NCBI GenBank assembly: GCA_965232545.1
Contig: OZ246979.1
Coordinates: 4,623,521-4,687,520 of the forward strand
DNA: 64,000 bases
Source: Candidatus Poribacteria bacterium
Lineage (GTDB): Bacteria > Poribacteria > WGA-4E > WGA-3G
Direction: 5' to 3'
Shown: positions 19,348-29,666 of the stretch, in pieces
Layout of the letters: each line of letters begins with the position of its first letter
How positions within the stretch are numbered: position 1 is the first letter of the stretch
The notes under the pieces: model-generated
The model's input: only the letters and a program-made list of their open reading frames with translations
What the model was told of the DNA's origin: nothing
Databases searched by the model: none
Position numbers and translations under genes: made by a program

Positions 19348-19408
19348 GAGTCAGCCGACAGCTATTCTTCTGACTGCCGACAACCGATGGCTGACAGCTA
19401 TTCCGCTA
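19348..19408. repeat. 7-bp-repeat element between the TPR and GMC genes
   Basis: GAGTCAG-CCGACAG-CTATTC … CTGACTG-CCGACAA-CCGATGG-CTGACAG-CTATTCC. Confidence 0.5.
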
Positions 19409-20961
19409 TGAATAAATCACAATCTTGGCTTTCAAATGCTACCAATATTCGACCCGCATGGTTGAAGAAAAAAGGTTTACAACGGCAGGAGCGTGCTGAC
19501 GTATGCGTTATCGGTTCCGGCGCGGGTGGCGCGGTCGTCGCGAAAGAACTTGCTGAAGCCGGACTATCGGTAATTATTTTAGAGGCAGGCGAAAATCACG
19601 ATCCGAGTAGTTTCGGCAGTTACGAACCGGAAATGCTGCGTCGCCTTTTCTGGGATAGCGGTTTACGGTGTACACAGGACGGGTCAATCGTCATTTCACA
19701 GGGTAAAGGGGTTGGTGGTTCAACAGTGCACAATCTCTGCTATGCAGTCCGTCCACCACAAGTGCCACTATACAACTGGGGCGTTCCTGAGATCTGGCCC
19801 CACTTTGCACAAGTAGAGCAGACGCTCGGTGTTACGCAGATACAAGAAACAGACGTAAATCAATTAAATACCGTTATCCGCCGTGGATGCGAAGCGATCG
19901 GATGGAAAGGGGGCGTCCAAAGACACAATCGCGGCGAATGCCCTACATGTGGAACTCAGTGTCTTTTTGGGTGTCCAGTTTCCAAAGCCTCGCAAAGCGA
20001 TTCAACAAGAACAGGGAAACAGAGCATGGCGGTTACATATATCCCTTTGGCACTTGCCGCAGATGCGACACTCTACAGCGACTGTGTGGCTGAGAAAATC
20101 CATGTGGAAAAAGGTAGAGTCACTGGTGTTTCTGCCGAGTTACCATCAGGCGAATTGTATGTTCAAAGCGATATAGTAGTACTCGCCGCAGGTGCGATCA
20201 ACTCACCACAACTCTGGTTAAAAAGTCGACTTCCCAATGCAAACCGTCGAGTCGGGAAAAATCTCCATCTGCATCCGGCTGCTTTCGTCGGTGGCATCTT
20301 TAACGAAACGATTAACGGACATCTCGGCATCCCGCAAAGTTACTATATCGACCAATTCCTCGACTTGCGACGCGCCCCAGACAGCGGCTATCTGCTCATG
20401 CCGGCTTTCGGTTCACAGATGATAGTTGCGGCGAGTCTACCGGGATTCGGTGAGGATCATCGCGGATTGATGGAACGCTATCACCACATCGCCGCGCTTC
20501 TTGTTCTTTTGCATGACAGAACAGCCGGACGAGTATCGGTAGATTTTAAAGGTTCTCCGGACATTTCATACCGACTGCGCCGTTCGGATAAAAAACTATT
20601 CGTTGAAGGGATCATCAACGCTGCCCGTCTGCTTTTTGCTGCAGGCGCGACAGAAATCCTGATGCCTTACACACAACATTTTCCTATTAAAACGGAGGCT
20701 GATCTTGAGATTATCCGCCGACGTGGCATCGTGCCGAATGACATCATGCTGGCTTCCAGTCATCCGCAGGGGACACTTCGGATGGGCGAAAATCCGAGCA
20801 GGAGCGTCGTTAATCTTTCAGGAGAGTCCCACGCCGTGAAAGGCTTATTTGTTGCCGATGCAAGCCTTTTCCCAACCTCTATCGGTGTGCCACCGACATT
20901 GACGATCGCCGCGCTCGCTACGCATGTTGCCCATCGGATTATGGAGAGCGGTATCGTGTAG
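19387..20961 (+). CDS. GMC family FAD-dependent oxidoreductase
   Basis: N-terminal VCVIGSGAGGAVVAKELAEAG Rossmann fold. C-terminal GMC_oxred_C signature HPQGTLRMGENP…LFVADASLFPTSIGVPPTLTIAALA. Confidence 0.75.
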   Translation: MADSYSAMNKSQSWLSNATNIRPAWLKKKGLQRQERADVCVIGSGAGGAVVAKELAEAGLSVIILEAGENHDPSSFGSYEPEMLRRLFWDSGLRCTQDGSIVISQGKGVGGSTVHNLCYAVRPPQVPLYNWGVPEIWPHFAQVEQTLGVTQIQETDVNQLNTVIRRGCEAIGWKGGVQRHNRGECPTCGTQCLFGCPVSKASQSDSTRTGKQSMAVTYIPLALAADATLYSDCVAEKIHVEKGRVTGVSAELPSGELYVQSDIVVLAAGAINSPQLWLKSRLPNANRRVGKNLHLHPAAFVGGIFNETINGHLGIPQSYYIDQFLDLRRAPDSGYLLMPAFGSQMIVAASLPGFGEDHRGLMERYHHIAALLVLLHDRTAGRVSVDFKGSPDISYRLRRSDKKLFVEGIINAARLLFAAGATEILMPYTQHFPIKTEADLEIIRRRGIVPNDIMLASSHPQGTLRMGENPSRSVVNLSGESHAVKGLFVADASLFPTSIGVPPTLTIAALATHVAHRIMESGIV

Positions 20962-21017
20962 TTCCACTGTAGGGGCAGGTCTCGTGCCTGCCCACTAACG
21001 AAAGACAAGCCAACAAA

Positions 21018-21989
21018 ATGATTGAATCAATCCCATACCTTCCGCTTGGAAACTTCCCAACACCGGTGGAGCATCTTTCAAACCTTGAACGTGCTCTCGG
21101 TTTCAAGTCGCTCTGGATAAAAAGAGATGATCTCAGCGGTCCGTTAGGTGGTGGTAATAAAGTACGTAAATTGGAGTACATGTTCGCAGCAGCGCAGGCA
21201 TCTCCAAATGGAGACGAGAAAAAGATGCTTTTTACGATTGGTCCAACAGGTTCCAACCACGTCCGAGCGACAGCCATTTATGGGAAGGCTTCGGGGTTTC
21301 GCGTGGAATGCTTGCTCTTTAAACAACCACCTACCGAATATTCCGAAGCAAACTATCACACGATTTGTGAGAATGCCTACCGAGTCTACGAAGTGAAACG
21401 TATGCATACAATGTTCGCCCGTTACGCCTATGAGCAGACGAAAACGGTTCTTGGAATAGGAGAGGAACGCTACTTTATCCAAGCGGGTGGTTCGTCGCCC
21501 CTCGGTTCCGTCGGTTATGTGAAGGCGGTTTTAGAACTGAAATCTCAGATTGAGGCGGACCTTTTGCCAGAGCCACGATTTATCTTTGTTCCGGTGGGTA
21601 CCTGTGGGACCATAGCGGGTTTGATCGTCGGTGTGCGACTCGCCGGATTGCGAACCCAAATTGTTGGTGTACGTGTCGCTGACGCAGTGGTAGCAAATTC
21701 GTGGGCAATCTCCCGTATGGTGCGGCGTATCCTGCGTCTTATTGGTGCAGTGGACGCTCACGACATCAATCCACGCCGTATTGAACTCTGGCACGGTGAT
21801 TTTGGGAGAGGGTATGCCGTTCCAACGGAAGTCGGGACGCGTGCAGTCGCGATGATGGCTGAGCATGAAGGTATTACACTTGAGAATACCTACACAGGCA
21901 AAACGTTAGCAGGACTCAGTCACTACATAAAGGAGCACGGATGTGAAGGCGAGCACGTCTTGTTCTGGAACACGTATGGCACAATGTAA
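21018..21989 (+). CDS. PLP-dependent ACC deaminase / D-cysteine desulfhydrase family enzyme
   Basis: FPTPVEHL…LWIKRDDLSG…GGNKVRKLEY motifs of the ACCD/DcyD family. Confidence 0.75.
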   Translation: MIESIPYLPLGNFPTPVEHLSNLERALGFKSLWIKRDDLSGPLGGGNKVRKLEYMFAAAQASPNGDEKKMLFTIGPTGSNHVRATAIYGKASGFRVECLLFKQPPTEYSEANYHTICENAYRVYEVKRMHTMFARYAYEQTKTVLGIGEERYFIQAGGSSPLGSVGYVKAVLELKSQIEADLLPEPRFIFVPVGTCGTIAGLIVGVRLAGLRTQIVGVRVADAVVANSWAISRMVRRILRLIGAVDAHDINPRRIELWHGDFGRGYAVPTEVGTRAVAMMAEHEGITLENTYTGKTLAGLSHYIKEHGCEGEHVLFWNTYGTM

Positions 21990-22006
21990 TACAAAGGAAA
22001 AAATAT

Positions 22007-23092
22007 ATGGAAAACGAGAACGGTAAACCCAATTTTATTCAGTCTGGCACGTCCATCATCGACTGCGACCTCCACAATCGGCTCCCCTCGCATCAGATGC
22101 TCTACCCGTACCTACCCGATTATTGGTGCGACTATTGCGAGGAGTCCGGCTTCCCCGGACCCGATGCAGACGACTATCCTGAGGGGGTCCCGACTTCATC
22201 ACGCCCGGATATTATATATCCCTCAGAAGACCGTCCCGCATCGGATTTAGTACTTTTGCGTCAACACGCCCTCGATTTCTGGGAAGTCGAATACGGTATA
22301 CTCACTTGTGGGTATCGGGTCCAGAGCGTACACAACGAAGACTTCGCAGCGGCACTCGCTTCAGCCGTCAACGACTGGCAGATCGAACACTATCTGGATC
22401 CAGAACCCCGATTACGCGGTTCGCTGATTGTGCCGAGCCAAAATCCAGAACTCGCCGCGAAGGAAATTGAGCGTCTCGGAGGACATCCAGGGTTCGTACA
22501 GGTCATGCTACCCGCCCGTTCCCAAACACCTTACGGCAACAGACGTTATCATCCGATCTACGCCGCCGCTGTGCGGCATCAGCTTGCAATCGGCATCCAT
22601 TACGGCGGTGCCCCCGGACTACCACCGACTTCTGTGGGATGGACCTCAACCTATCTGGAGGAATACGTCGGCATGTCGCAGGTATTTCAAGCGCAGGTGT
22701 TGAGTCTCGTATCAGAGGGAGTCTTTGAGGTGTTTCCCGACTTACGCGTTGCGCTCATAGAGACCGGTGTCACCTGGATGCCATCACTCATGTGGCGATT
22801 CGATAAGGAGTGGCGCGGCTTACGACATCTGACACCGTGGGTCAAACAGCTACCGTCAGCATATATCCGTCAACATATCCGTATGACGCTCCAACCGATT
22901 GATGCGCCACCAACCGCTGCAGAACTCCTTCAGATTGTTGGTCAACTCGACTCCGAGGACATGTTGATGTTTTCGAGCGACTATCCGCATTGGCACTTCG
23001 ACTCACCCGACGAGGCTTTTCCCGCACAGTTACCCCAGTCATTAGCACGCAAAATCCTATCCGAAAATGCAAGGGAATTCTATCACTTTTGA
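22007..23092 (+). CDS. Amidohydrolase-2 (metal-dependent TIM-barrel hydrolase) family, paralog A
   Basis: N-terminal IDCDLHN metal-binding motif. C-terminal DYPHWHFD. Paralogous to 29667-30743. Confidence 0.7.
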   Translation: MENENGKPNFIQSGTSIIDCDLHNRLPSHQMLYPYLPDYWCDYCEESGFPGPDADDYPEGVPTSSRPDIIYPSEDRPASDLVLLRQHALDFWEVEYGILTCGYRVQSVHNEDFAAALASAVNDWQIEHYLDPEPRLRGSLIVPSQNPELAAKEIERLGGHPGFVQVMLPARSQTPYGNRRYHPIYAAAVRHQLAIGIHYGGAPGLPPTSVGWTSTYLEEYVGMSQVFQAQVLSLVSEGVFEVFPDLRVALIETGVTWMPSLMWRFDKEWRGLRHLTPWVKQLPSAYIRQHIRMTLQPIDAPPTAAELLQIVGQLDSEDMLMFSSDYPHWHFDSPDEAFPAQLPQSLARKILSENAREFYHF

Positions 23093-23198
23093 GCCTGTGC
23101 TTTGTGTCGTGTAGAAGGCATTTCTGAGAGGGTTCCTGTGTGTTCCTCACAACTGGCGATTTAGCGAGTTTCCCTACCCAATTCCCCCGATCACCTTA

Positions 23199-23310
23199 AC
23201 TGATTATCGGTTGTCGGTTGTCGGTTTCCAGTGAAGAGATTTTTGTTTAACGACGGAAACACCCAAGCAAAAACACTCTCTTGTAACTGATAACTGACAA
23301 GAGTTGACAT
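23199..23310. repeat. Composite palindromic 7-bp-repeat element (minus-type arm, AAGAGA…CTCTT core hairpin, plus-type arm)
   Basis: CTGATTATCGGTTGTCGGTTGTCGGTTT … AAGAGA…CTCTT … GTAACTGATAACTGACAAG. Confidence 0.5.
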
Positions 23311-24750
23311 TTTGTCCGAAATGCGATATGATTCAGGTATCATGTTGGCAGACATGCTAAGCATTGTCGCTTGACAATGTGTCTGCCACCTACTTAGCAG
23401 GGGTTAAAAGCATGATACATGAAAGTCCATGAAAACAGAAACATACGAGTTCTACCATCAATCTAACTTGATACAGATCGGCAATTTGATTGACGATTTG
23501 CATGGTGTGCATGTTCACCTTTTGATGTTGCAGAGACGCTATTATCGTATCTATGGGAAATATGCGTCCTTTGCCCGCATCTGCAATCATATCACGAAGT
23601 TAAAACAGCGGACGAAACCGCATTGGAATCAACTGCCGAGTCAGGTCCTCCAACAAGTCGCAAAGCGTATTCACTTGGGATACGAAAAGTTCTTTGACAA
23701 CCTTAAGGATCGCAAAGCCGGTAAAACAAAACGTAAAATCGGTAGACCGAAAATCAAGCCGAATCATAAATATAACTCACTGACGTTCACACAAGCAGGT
23801 TTCAAATTAGAAGGCAATCGGTTGAAAATCAACTGTCTCGGTAAATCCTTCACATTTTGGAAACACCGCGAGTGGACGGGGCGTATCAAAACCGTCACAA
23901 TCAAGCGTGACCCCGTAGGCGACTACTATCTCTACATCACGTGTGAGGACTGTGAACCTTCCGAGAAACTCTCTTTGACCGGTAATGTGGCAGGGGCGGA
24001 CTTCGGAATGAAAACATTTCTCACACTTTCAGACGGGACGAAAATAGATTCGCCAGAATTCTATAAACAAGGTCTCAACGCAATCCGTTCAGCAAACAAG
24101 GCACTCTCCCGCAAGCAAAAGGGTTCAACTGCATGGTATCGTGCAAAGTGGCATTTCGCCCGTGTTCATAAGGAAATCGCCAATAAGAGACGCGATTGGT
24201 TCTTCAAATTGGCCCTTCGGCTTGTGCGAAAGTATGATACGATTGCGATAGAGACCTTGAACCTTGAGGGGATGAAACGCCTCTGGGGACGCAAGGTCTC
24301 TGATATTGCCTTCGGTGAGTTTGCTCTCATCCTGCAATGGACGTGTGCGAAATATGGTAAAACTTTCTTGAAAGCGGGACGTTGGGAAGCCACGACAAAA
24401 CCGTGTCGGACTTGTGGACATCACAATGAAAATCTAACACTCCAAGATAGGCAGTGGATATGCCCTGACTGTGGTTCACACCATGATAGGGACGTAAATG
24501 CTGCTATCAACATTTTGCAGGCTGGGGTACCCGCGTAACAATGCGCGATAAAGCCGTTGGATCACAACTTCGTGAGTGTGGCGGAGACGGAATAATAGCC
24601 TGCGGGTGGAGCGACAGTCAGACGGTGGACTCTCTGAGAAAACCGCAGTTGCTATGAAACCGAAGCCTACGCCTTTAGGCGTTGGGTAGTATCACAAAGC
24701 GAGTATATGGGGCATTCACCGCACGACTGATGGAGGTGAATCATGGCATA
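23310..24750 (+). mobile_element. IS200/IS605-family element carrying tnpB only (IS1341-like); boundaries approximate
   Basis: Left-end region has promoter-like TTGACA…TATGAT and hairpin GGCAGACA…TGTCTGCC (23362-23401). Structured sequence for ~200 nt after the tnpB stop, consistent with a right end / omega-RNA scaffold. No tnpA seen. Confidence 0.55.
23429..24538 (+). CDS. tnpB: TnpB (IS605 OrfB) RNA-guided endonuclease-type transposon protein
   Basis: RuvC-I (GADFGMKTF), RuvC-II (IAIETLNLEGM), RuvC-III (HHDRDVNAAINI) and a CxxC…CxxC zinc finger (CRTCGHHN…CPDCGSHH) are all intact. Confidence 0.8.
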   Translation: MKTETYEFYHQSNLIQIGNLIDDLHGVHVHLLMLQRRYYRIYGKYASFARICNHITKLKQRTKPHWNQLPSQVLQQVAKRIHLGYEKFFDNLKDRKAGKTKRKIGRPKIKPNHKYNSLTFTQAGFKLEGNRLKINCLGKSFTFWKHREWTGRIKTVTIKRDPVGDYYLYITCEDCEPSEKLSLTGNVAGADFGMKTFLTLSDGTKIDSPEFYKQGLNAIRSANKALSRKQKGSTAWYRAKWHFARVHKEIANKRRDWFFKLALRLVRKYDTIAIETLNLEGMKRLWGRKVSDIAFGEFALILQWTCAKYGKTFLKAGRWEATTKPCRTCGHHNENLTLQDRQWICPDCGSHHDRDVNAAINILQAGVPA

Positions 24751-24755
24751 TATTT

Positions 24756-25790
24756 ATGAATGGTGTGACCGGAACTATTGTAATTGATCTCGTCGTGTTT
24801 AACAACAGGTTATACGCCCATACCGGCTATGAAGTTTATCAATCAACGGATGGGGGTGGGTCTTGGAAAAAACTTTGGAATCATGGGCAGGAAGTTGTAC
24901 TCAACATCCCCACTACAAGGTTGAGTTTTGAGTCAAAACTGATACCTGTTGGCGACGTTCTTTATTCTCTTTCAGGTGTAGGGGACAATTTGATTATTTT
25001 TCGTTTATCTACCGATGGGAATATGCTCATTCCTGTTCAAGGTGTCCCCGTTTTCGATCGTAAAAAATTTGCCTATGAAAAATATCATAAGTCAAAGGAT
25101 CAAGAAGATCTTCGTTGGGGTCGTCTCAAAACTGAGACTGCTGCTGCGAGTCGTGATGTGTTTTATATAGAGTGCTTGGGAGAGCTTTTCAAATGGAAAC
25201 TTGGTGATTCGGAATGGACAAGCACTGGATTAGTAGATGATAGTCATCTACCTTTTAACAATTTCAGAAAGGGATTCAAATTAGCGGTTCTGGGAGAAAC
25301 TGTCTACGTAGGTAAACGGGACGGTAGATTGTTTCAGTCGTTTGATGAAGGAGAGAGTTGGAGAGATGTCACACCAAGCCTGCCGCTCCGCTTCACTCGC
25401 TTCAACGATATGGTCTTTGTAGGGACAACCCTTTATATCGCAACAGATAATGGCGTTATGGTTTCCAAAACCGCGGGACAGTGGCTTGTGCCAACCGATA
25501 ATGCAAGAGAGCGTCCTATCATAAATAACTTTGCTGTAGATGTGAGCAAAGTTTATGGTGTCAGCGATGGGGGTGTCTACCGTTTGGATACCCATAATCA
25601 ATGGACGCAGGTTCCTACAGACGTACCAGGTGGACTTGTTTCTCTCGCTATTACTGATGATAGACTCTATGGTGCTACCGACCAGATCGATAGTGCTAAA
25701 GAGAACGGGCTATTTTACATCTTGCTTGAAGGAAAACAAGTAACATCTAACGACACCTCATCAACAAATCAAGTTGTAAATGAGGAATAA
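24756..25790 (+). CDS. BNR-repeat beta-propeller protein, possibly N-terminally truncated
   Basis: BNR motifs YQSTDGGGSW and FQSFDEGESW. No signal peptide. The ORF begins immediately after the IS right end. Confidence 0.45.
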   Translation: MNGVTGTIVIDLVVFNNRLYAHTGYEVYQSTDGGGSWKKLWNHGQEVVLNIPTTRLSFESKLIPVGDVLYSLSGVGDNLIIFRLSTDGNMLIPVQGVPVFDRKKFAYEKYHKSKDQEDLRWGRLKTETAAASRDVFYIECLGELFKWKLGDSEWTSTGLVDDSHLPFNNFRKGFKLAVLGETVYVGKRDGRLFQSFDEGESWRDVTPSLPLRFTRFNDMVFVGTTLYIATDNGVMVSKTAGQWLVPTDNARERPIINNFAVDVSKVYGVSDGGVYRLDTHNQWTQVPTDVPGGLVSLAITDDRLYGATDQIDSAKENGLFYILLEGKQVTSNDTSSTNQVVNEE

Positions 25791-25816
25791 AATTAAAATC
25801 GAGGAGAATTACGGAA

Positions 25817-26698
25817 ATGAGATATCTACAAAATCTACCGCTTTTTGCATGCCTCTTTCTGATCGCACTAATCCCGTTGAGTGCTAAAGCATTCCCACCC
25901 CCTTCCCCCGCCGGTGGAAACTATTTAGTCCTTGACGGAGTGGACGACTCTGCGGTGTTAGACTTTAAAACCTTCGGTGTTCTCTTGCCGAAAGGCACAG
26001 ACGAATTCACTGTTGAAGCGTGGGTGTATCTGACCACACCGCCTGACGAGAACGTATATGCAATGATTCTCAGCCAACAGGTGGGAATGCGCCTCGCGAA
26101 CGATGACGAGGGATGGAGGGAGATAAAGAAACGTATCAATTGGCAGAAGGGGGATTTATTCCTAATAATTCAAGGGCATATTACGGCTGGGGGAAAGCCC
26201 GCTGGGACACCGTTCCACCCAGTAGCACTATCGCCGAACCAATGGCATCACATCGCATATCAGGCAAAAGGGAGAGAAACAATAACCATCCTTAACGACT
26301 TGGCACATATCTTACCGCAAGGAACAACGCTCGCACACGATCTCTCACACTTCCAGTACCCAAAGGATTTTACACTTGGCGGGTTTGGAGAGAAAATTAA
26401 GATTCGCGAAGACTACTTTTGGGGTTCCTTTGCGGGATGTATTGATGAGGTCCGTATCTCGACGGTTGCTCGCTACGATGTGGATAGAAACGGTTTCACG
26501 CCGCGCAGAAGGTTCACGGATGACGCAAAGACGATTGCGTTGTGGCATTTTGATGAACCGAGCGGAACACGGCAATTCTCAGACGCATCGGGCAACGCAC
26601 ATCATCTGGTAGGTAAAAATGGCGCAAAGACTGGAAATACACTCGCAGTTGACGCGCAAAGAAAACTCGCAACGGTATGGGGACGGCTTAAGGAATAA
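25817..26698 (+). CDS. Secreted LamG-like (concanavalin A-like lectin/glucanase fold) domain protein
   Basis: Signal peptide MRYLQNLPLFACLFLIALIPLSAKA. LamG_3-like features (LVLDGVDD…FTVEAWV…GCIDEVRIS). Confidence 0.6.
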   Translation: MRYLQNLPLFACLFLIALIPLSAKAFPPPSPAGGNYLVLDGVDDSAVLDFKTFGVLLPKGTDEFTVEAWVYLTTPPDENVYAMILSQQVGMRLANDDEGWREIKKRINWQKGDLFLIIQGHITAGGKPAGTPFHPVALSPNQWHHIAYQAKGRETITILNDLAHILPQGTTLAHDLSHFQYPKDFTLGGFGEKIKIREDYFWGSFAGCIDEVRISTVARYDVDRNGFTPRRRFTDDAKTIALWHFDEPSGTRQFSDASGNAHHLVGKNGAKTGNTLAVDAQRKLATVWGRLKE

Positions 26699-26719
26699 AA
26701 GAATGGAATTTCTCTGGAA

Positions 26720-27247
26720 TTGTTAAGGAAAGGAGAACATGATGCTCGCGAAATAATGGACTTTACGACCGCTGTCGTTGATGGAAAGATATACGTTATG
26801 GGTGGGAGGGTTGAGGAGATGCCTTTCAAGCCTATGCCGACAGATCTCGTCGAGGTCTATGATCCGTTGATTAATAAATGGGAGAAGCGAGCAGACATGC
26901 CAATGTTCAAATTTGGGTTCGCCTCTGTCGTTGTTAATAATGAGATTTATACAATAGGTGGTGTTAATCGGGAAAATAGGCTTTCATACATCAGCGATGT
27001 TGATGTTTATAATCCAACGGTTGACAAATGGCGTAAAGTGGAGTCACTAACAACCCCAAAAGAGGCGATGGCCGCTGTTGTTGTGAAGGGTACCATCTAT
27101 GTCTTAGGTGGTATTGAAGGTGTGGATGGTAAATTTACTACTTTTAAATTTACGCCAATCGTTGAAGCTTATGACACCGGCTTTCTATCAGTTGACCCAA
27201 AAGACAAACTGCTGACACACTGGGGGAAACTGAAAAAATCCCAATAA
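26720..27247 (+). CDS. Kelch-repeat protein fragment (3 blades only)
   Basis: TTG start. Three Kelch motifs only (KIYVMGG, EIYTIGG, TIYVLGG); a full propeller needs about 6. Lies beside a decayed region, so it is likely a remnant. Confidence 0.4.
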   Translation: MLRKGEHDAREIMDFTTAVVDGKIYVMGGRVEEMPFKPMPTDLVEVYDPLINKWEKRADMPMFKFGFASVVVNNEIYTIGGVNRENRLSYISDVDVYNPTVDKWRKVESLTTPKEAMAAVVVKGTIYVLGGIEGVDGKFTTFKFTPIVEAYDTGFLSVDPKDKLLTHWGKLKKSQ

Positions 27248-27438
27248 ACTATACAAATGTGAGTTTGCCTTAAGCGTTTATAGTGTAAATCTGTTGTAGC
27301 ACAAACTGTTAGTTTGTGCCATCCTGTGCCTCGAACTAATAGGTTGGGCTACATAGGTGTTTTATGCAACCTGAGACCCTATCTTATTTAGATTCAACCT
27401 ATATGCGATTCTTGAAAAAATAGAAACCTCACTGACCT

Positions 27439-27534
27439 TTCGACTTTCCCGACGAAGCCTTCCCTGCCCAGTTCCCGCGATCATTGGCGCGCAAAATCCT
27501 ATCTGAAAATGCCCATAAATTCTATAATCTTTAG
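27439..27534 (+). pseudogene. C-terminal remnant of a third amidohydrolase-2 paralog
   Basis: Translates DFPDEAFPAQFPRSLARKILSENAHKFYNL*, matching the C-termini of 22007-23092 (…DSPDEAFPAQLPQSLARKILSENAREFYHF*) and 29667-30743. No upstream ORF. Confidence 0.55.
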
Positions 27535-28217
27535 TCTGACATATCCCAAAGCGGTAGGTGTGGTTCCTAACCATATCGCTTAATTGTAGGTTGGGTAGAA
27601 CGAAGTAAAACCCATGGGTGTCGATTTAGGGTTTTCGGGGTCCCGTAGGTTGGGTAGAGCGGAATAGAAAACAGGGATGTGAGGGTTCCAAATGCCCGTG
27701 AAATCCGACCTATCGGTATATCCACTCATGAACGCAGCGAAACCCAACTTCATACTGTCAGAGTTCCCGAAACTGCGTAGATGTTGGGTTTCACTCAGTG
27801 TTGTTGGATGTAGGTGATATGGAGCAGACTTGATTTTTGGGTTACTTTTCAGAGTTTTGGTGGATTCCGTTCAACCCAACCTACGCTGCTGCATTGACCT
27901 TTTCCTTGACATCTGAACAAAATTTTATATAATGGAGATATTAAACTTATTAGTCTGTGGAAAAATTTTCGGTGAACTCACACTGGAACTGAATTTTTCG
28001 TTGGAGTTGAAGAGGTTCCTTATTAAGTAATGACACTCAAAGAACACATTGACGACATACGCAATAATTTGGAACAGGGACTGTTTACAAATACTATGGT
28101 GAATTATGAAAATAAGTTTACATTTTAATAGAAGCGAAAATCTACCGCCCCGCTGGCGAGGTTTCCTAACCTCGCCTTTATAGTGTATAGGTAATTCTAT
28201 AATCCACCATAAGAGGA

Positions 28218-29582
28218 ATGGCTATGGCAACTCAGACACTTGAAGCAAAAGTCGATCAGCTGTTTGCAGAATGGAACAAATCAGATTCTCCCGGTGCCGC
28301 CTTGGCAGTTACCAGAGATGGTGAAGTCGTCTATAAACAGGGATACGGGACGGCGAATCTGGAATATGACATCCCACTCACGACGACGACCATTTTCGAT
28401 ATCGCTTCAGTGTCCAAGCAGTTCGCGGCGTTCGCTATCGCCACATTATCATACAAAGGGAAATTTTCGTTAGATGACGATATCCGAACCTACCTGCCCG
28501 ATATGCCGGATTTTGGAAACACAATCACAATTCGGCATCTCCTGCATCACACCAGTGGACTGCGGGATTGGGTGCAATCCCTTGTCATCGCAGGTGATAT
28601 GATGGATGACGTAATTTCGTTTAAACACATCTTGAAAATGGCGAGGCATCAGAAGACACTCAATTTTGAGCCAGGAGCAGCGTTTTTATACAGCAATACC
28701 GGTTACAATCTATTGGCAGAAATCGTTGAAAAAGTAACTGAGGATTCATTCCGAGAGTGGACTGATGCTCACATCTTCAAACCGCTCGGCATGACGAACT
28801 CCCACTTTCACGATGACTACGAAATGATTCTGAAAAACCGGGCGTATTCATATCAAGCCATCGAAAACGGTGGGTTTAAACATGCTGTCAACAATACAAC
28901 CGCTCTCGGTTCAAGTTCCCTCTATTCAACAGCGGAGGATCTGGCGAAATGGATTCTGAATTTTGATGACACGCGTATCGGCGAACAAACAGTGATTGAA
29001 CAGATGCACCAGCGTGGCGTGCTGAATAACGGAGAGCAAATTGACTACGCCTTTGGGCTGAACATCGGTAGATATAGAGGGCTAAAAACGGTCGGACACA
29101 GCGGATCATGGCGCGGCTTTCGGAGTCATTTGGTGCGTTTTCCGGATCAGAAATTTGGCGTAGTCATCCTATGCAATCTCGACACCTTTAATCCACTCAG
29201 TTTGGCAGAAAAGGTCGCCGATCTCTATCTTGCGGATGTTCTCGCTCCCGTAGCAACCTCTGAACCAGAAAAAGCAACGGAACCGAATGAGGGTATTCAA
29301 TCTGAGCCTCTGTCGCCGGAACAGTTGGCAGAATTCGCGGGAGATTATTATATCGAGGAACTCGATACAACCTACACCATCGGTGTGCGCGAAGAAGGAC
29401 TCGTGGCGCAACACAGACGGCACGATGACATAGTGCTAACCTACGCCGACGGTCATTTCCGTGGGGACGCGTGGTTTTTTCCAGAGATTCACTTTGTCCG
29501 AGACGACACCGGGAACATTACAGGATTTGGATTGACGGGAAACCGGGTTAGAAATCTACACTTTGAGAAAAAGACACACTGA
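28218..29582 (+). CDS. Beta-lactamase-related serine hydrolase (class C / PBP-like fold)
   Basis: S-x-x-K motif SVSKQF. YSN-like and HSG (GHSGSW) motifs. Confidence 0.75.
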   Translation: MAMATQTLEAKVDQLFAEWNKSDSPGAALAVTRDGEVVYKQGYGTANLEYDIPLTTTTIFDIASVSKQFAAFAIATLSYKGKFSLDDDIRTYLPDMPDFGNTITIRHLLHHTSGLRDWVQSLVIAGDMMDDVISFKHILKMARHQKTLNFEPGAAFLYSNTGYNLLAEIVEKVTEDSFREWTDAHIFKPLGMTNSHFHDDYEMILKNRAYSYQAIENGGFKHAVNNTTALGSSSLYSTAEDLAKWILNFDDTRIGEQTVIEQMHQRGVLNNGEQIDYAFGLNIGRYRGLKTVGHSGSWRGFRSHLVRFPDQKFGVVILCNLDTFNPLSLAEKVADLYLADVLAPVATSEPEKATEPNEGIQSEPLSPEQLAEFAGDYYIEELDTTYTIGVREEGLVAQHRRHDDIVLTYADGHFRGDAWFFPEIHFVRDDTGNITGFGLTGNRVRNLHFEKKTH

Positions 29583-29666
29583 TCTTCTCCTAAACCCGCC
29601 CTGAAATTGACATTTTTCGAGATAAAGTGTATAATTTTAACAGATAGCATAAAAGGAGGGAAAGAG

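Noticed and set aside
26739-26756. SD-led 5-codon ORF (AAGGAGaacATGATGCTCGCGAAATAA) inside the start region of the Kelch fragment
   Set aside because: Most likely the fossil start context of the degraded upstream gene. Too short to call.
27362-27574. 70-aa minus ORF
   Set aside because: It lies antisense over the amidohydrolase C-terminal remnant. The plus-strand reading reproduces the paralog C-terminus (…ARKILSENAHKFYNL*), so the region is a gene fragment, not a new gene.
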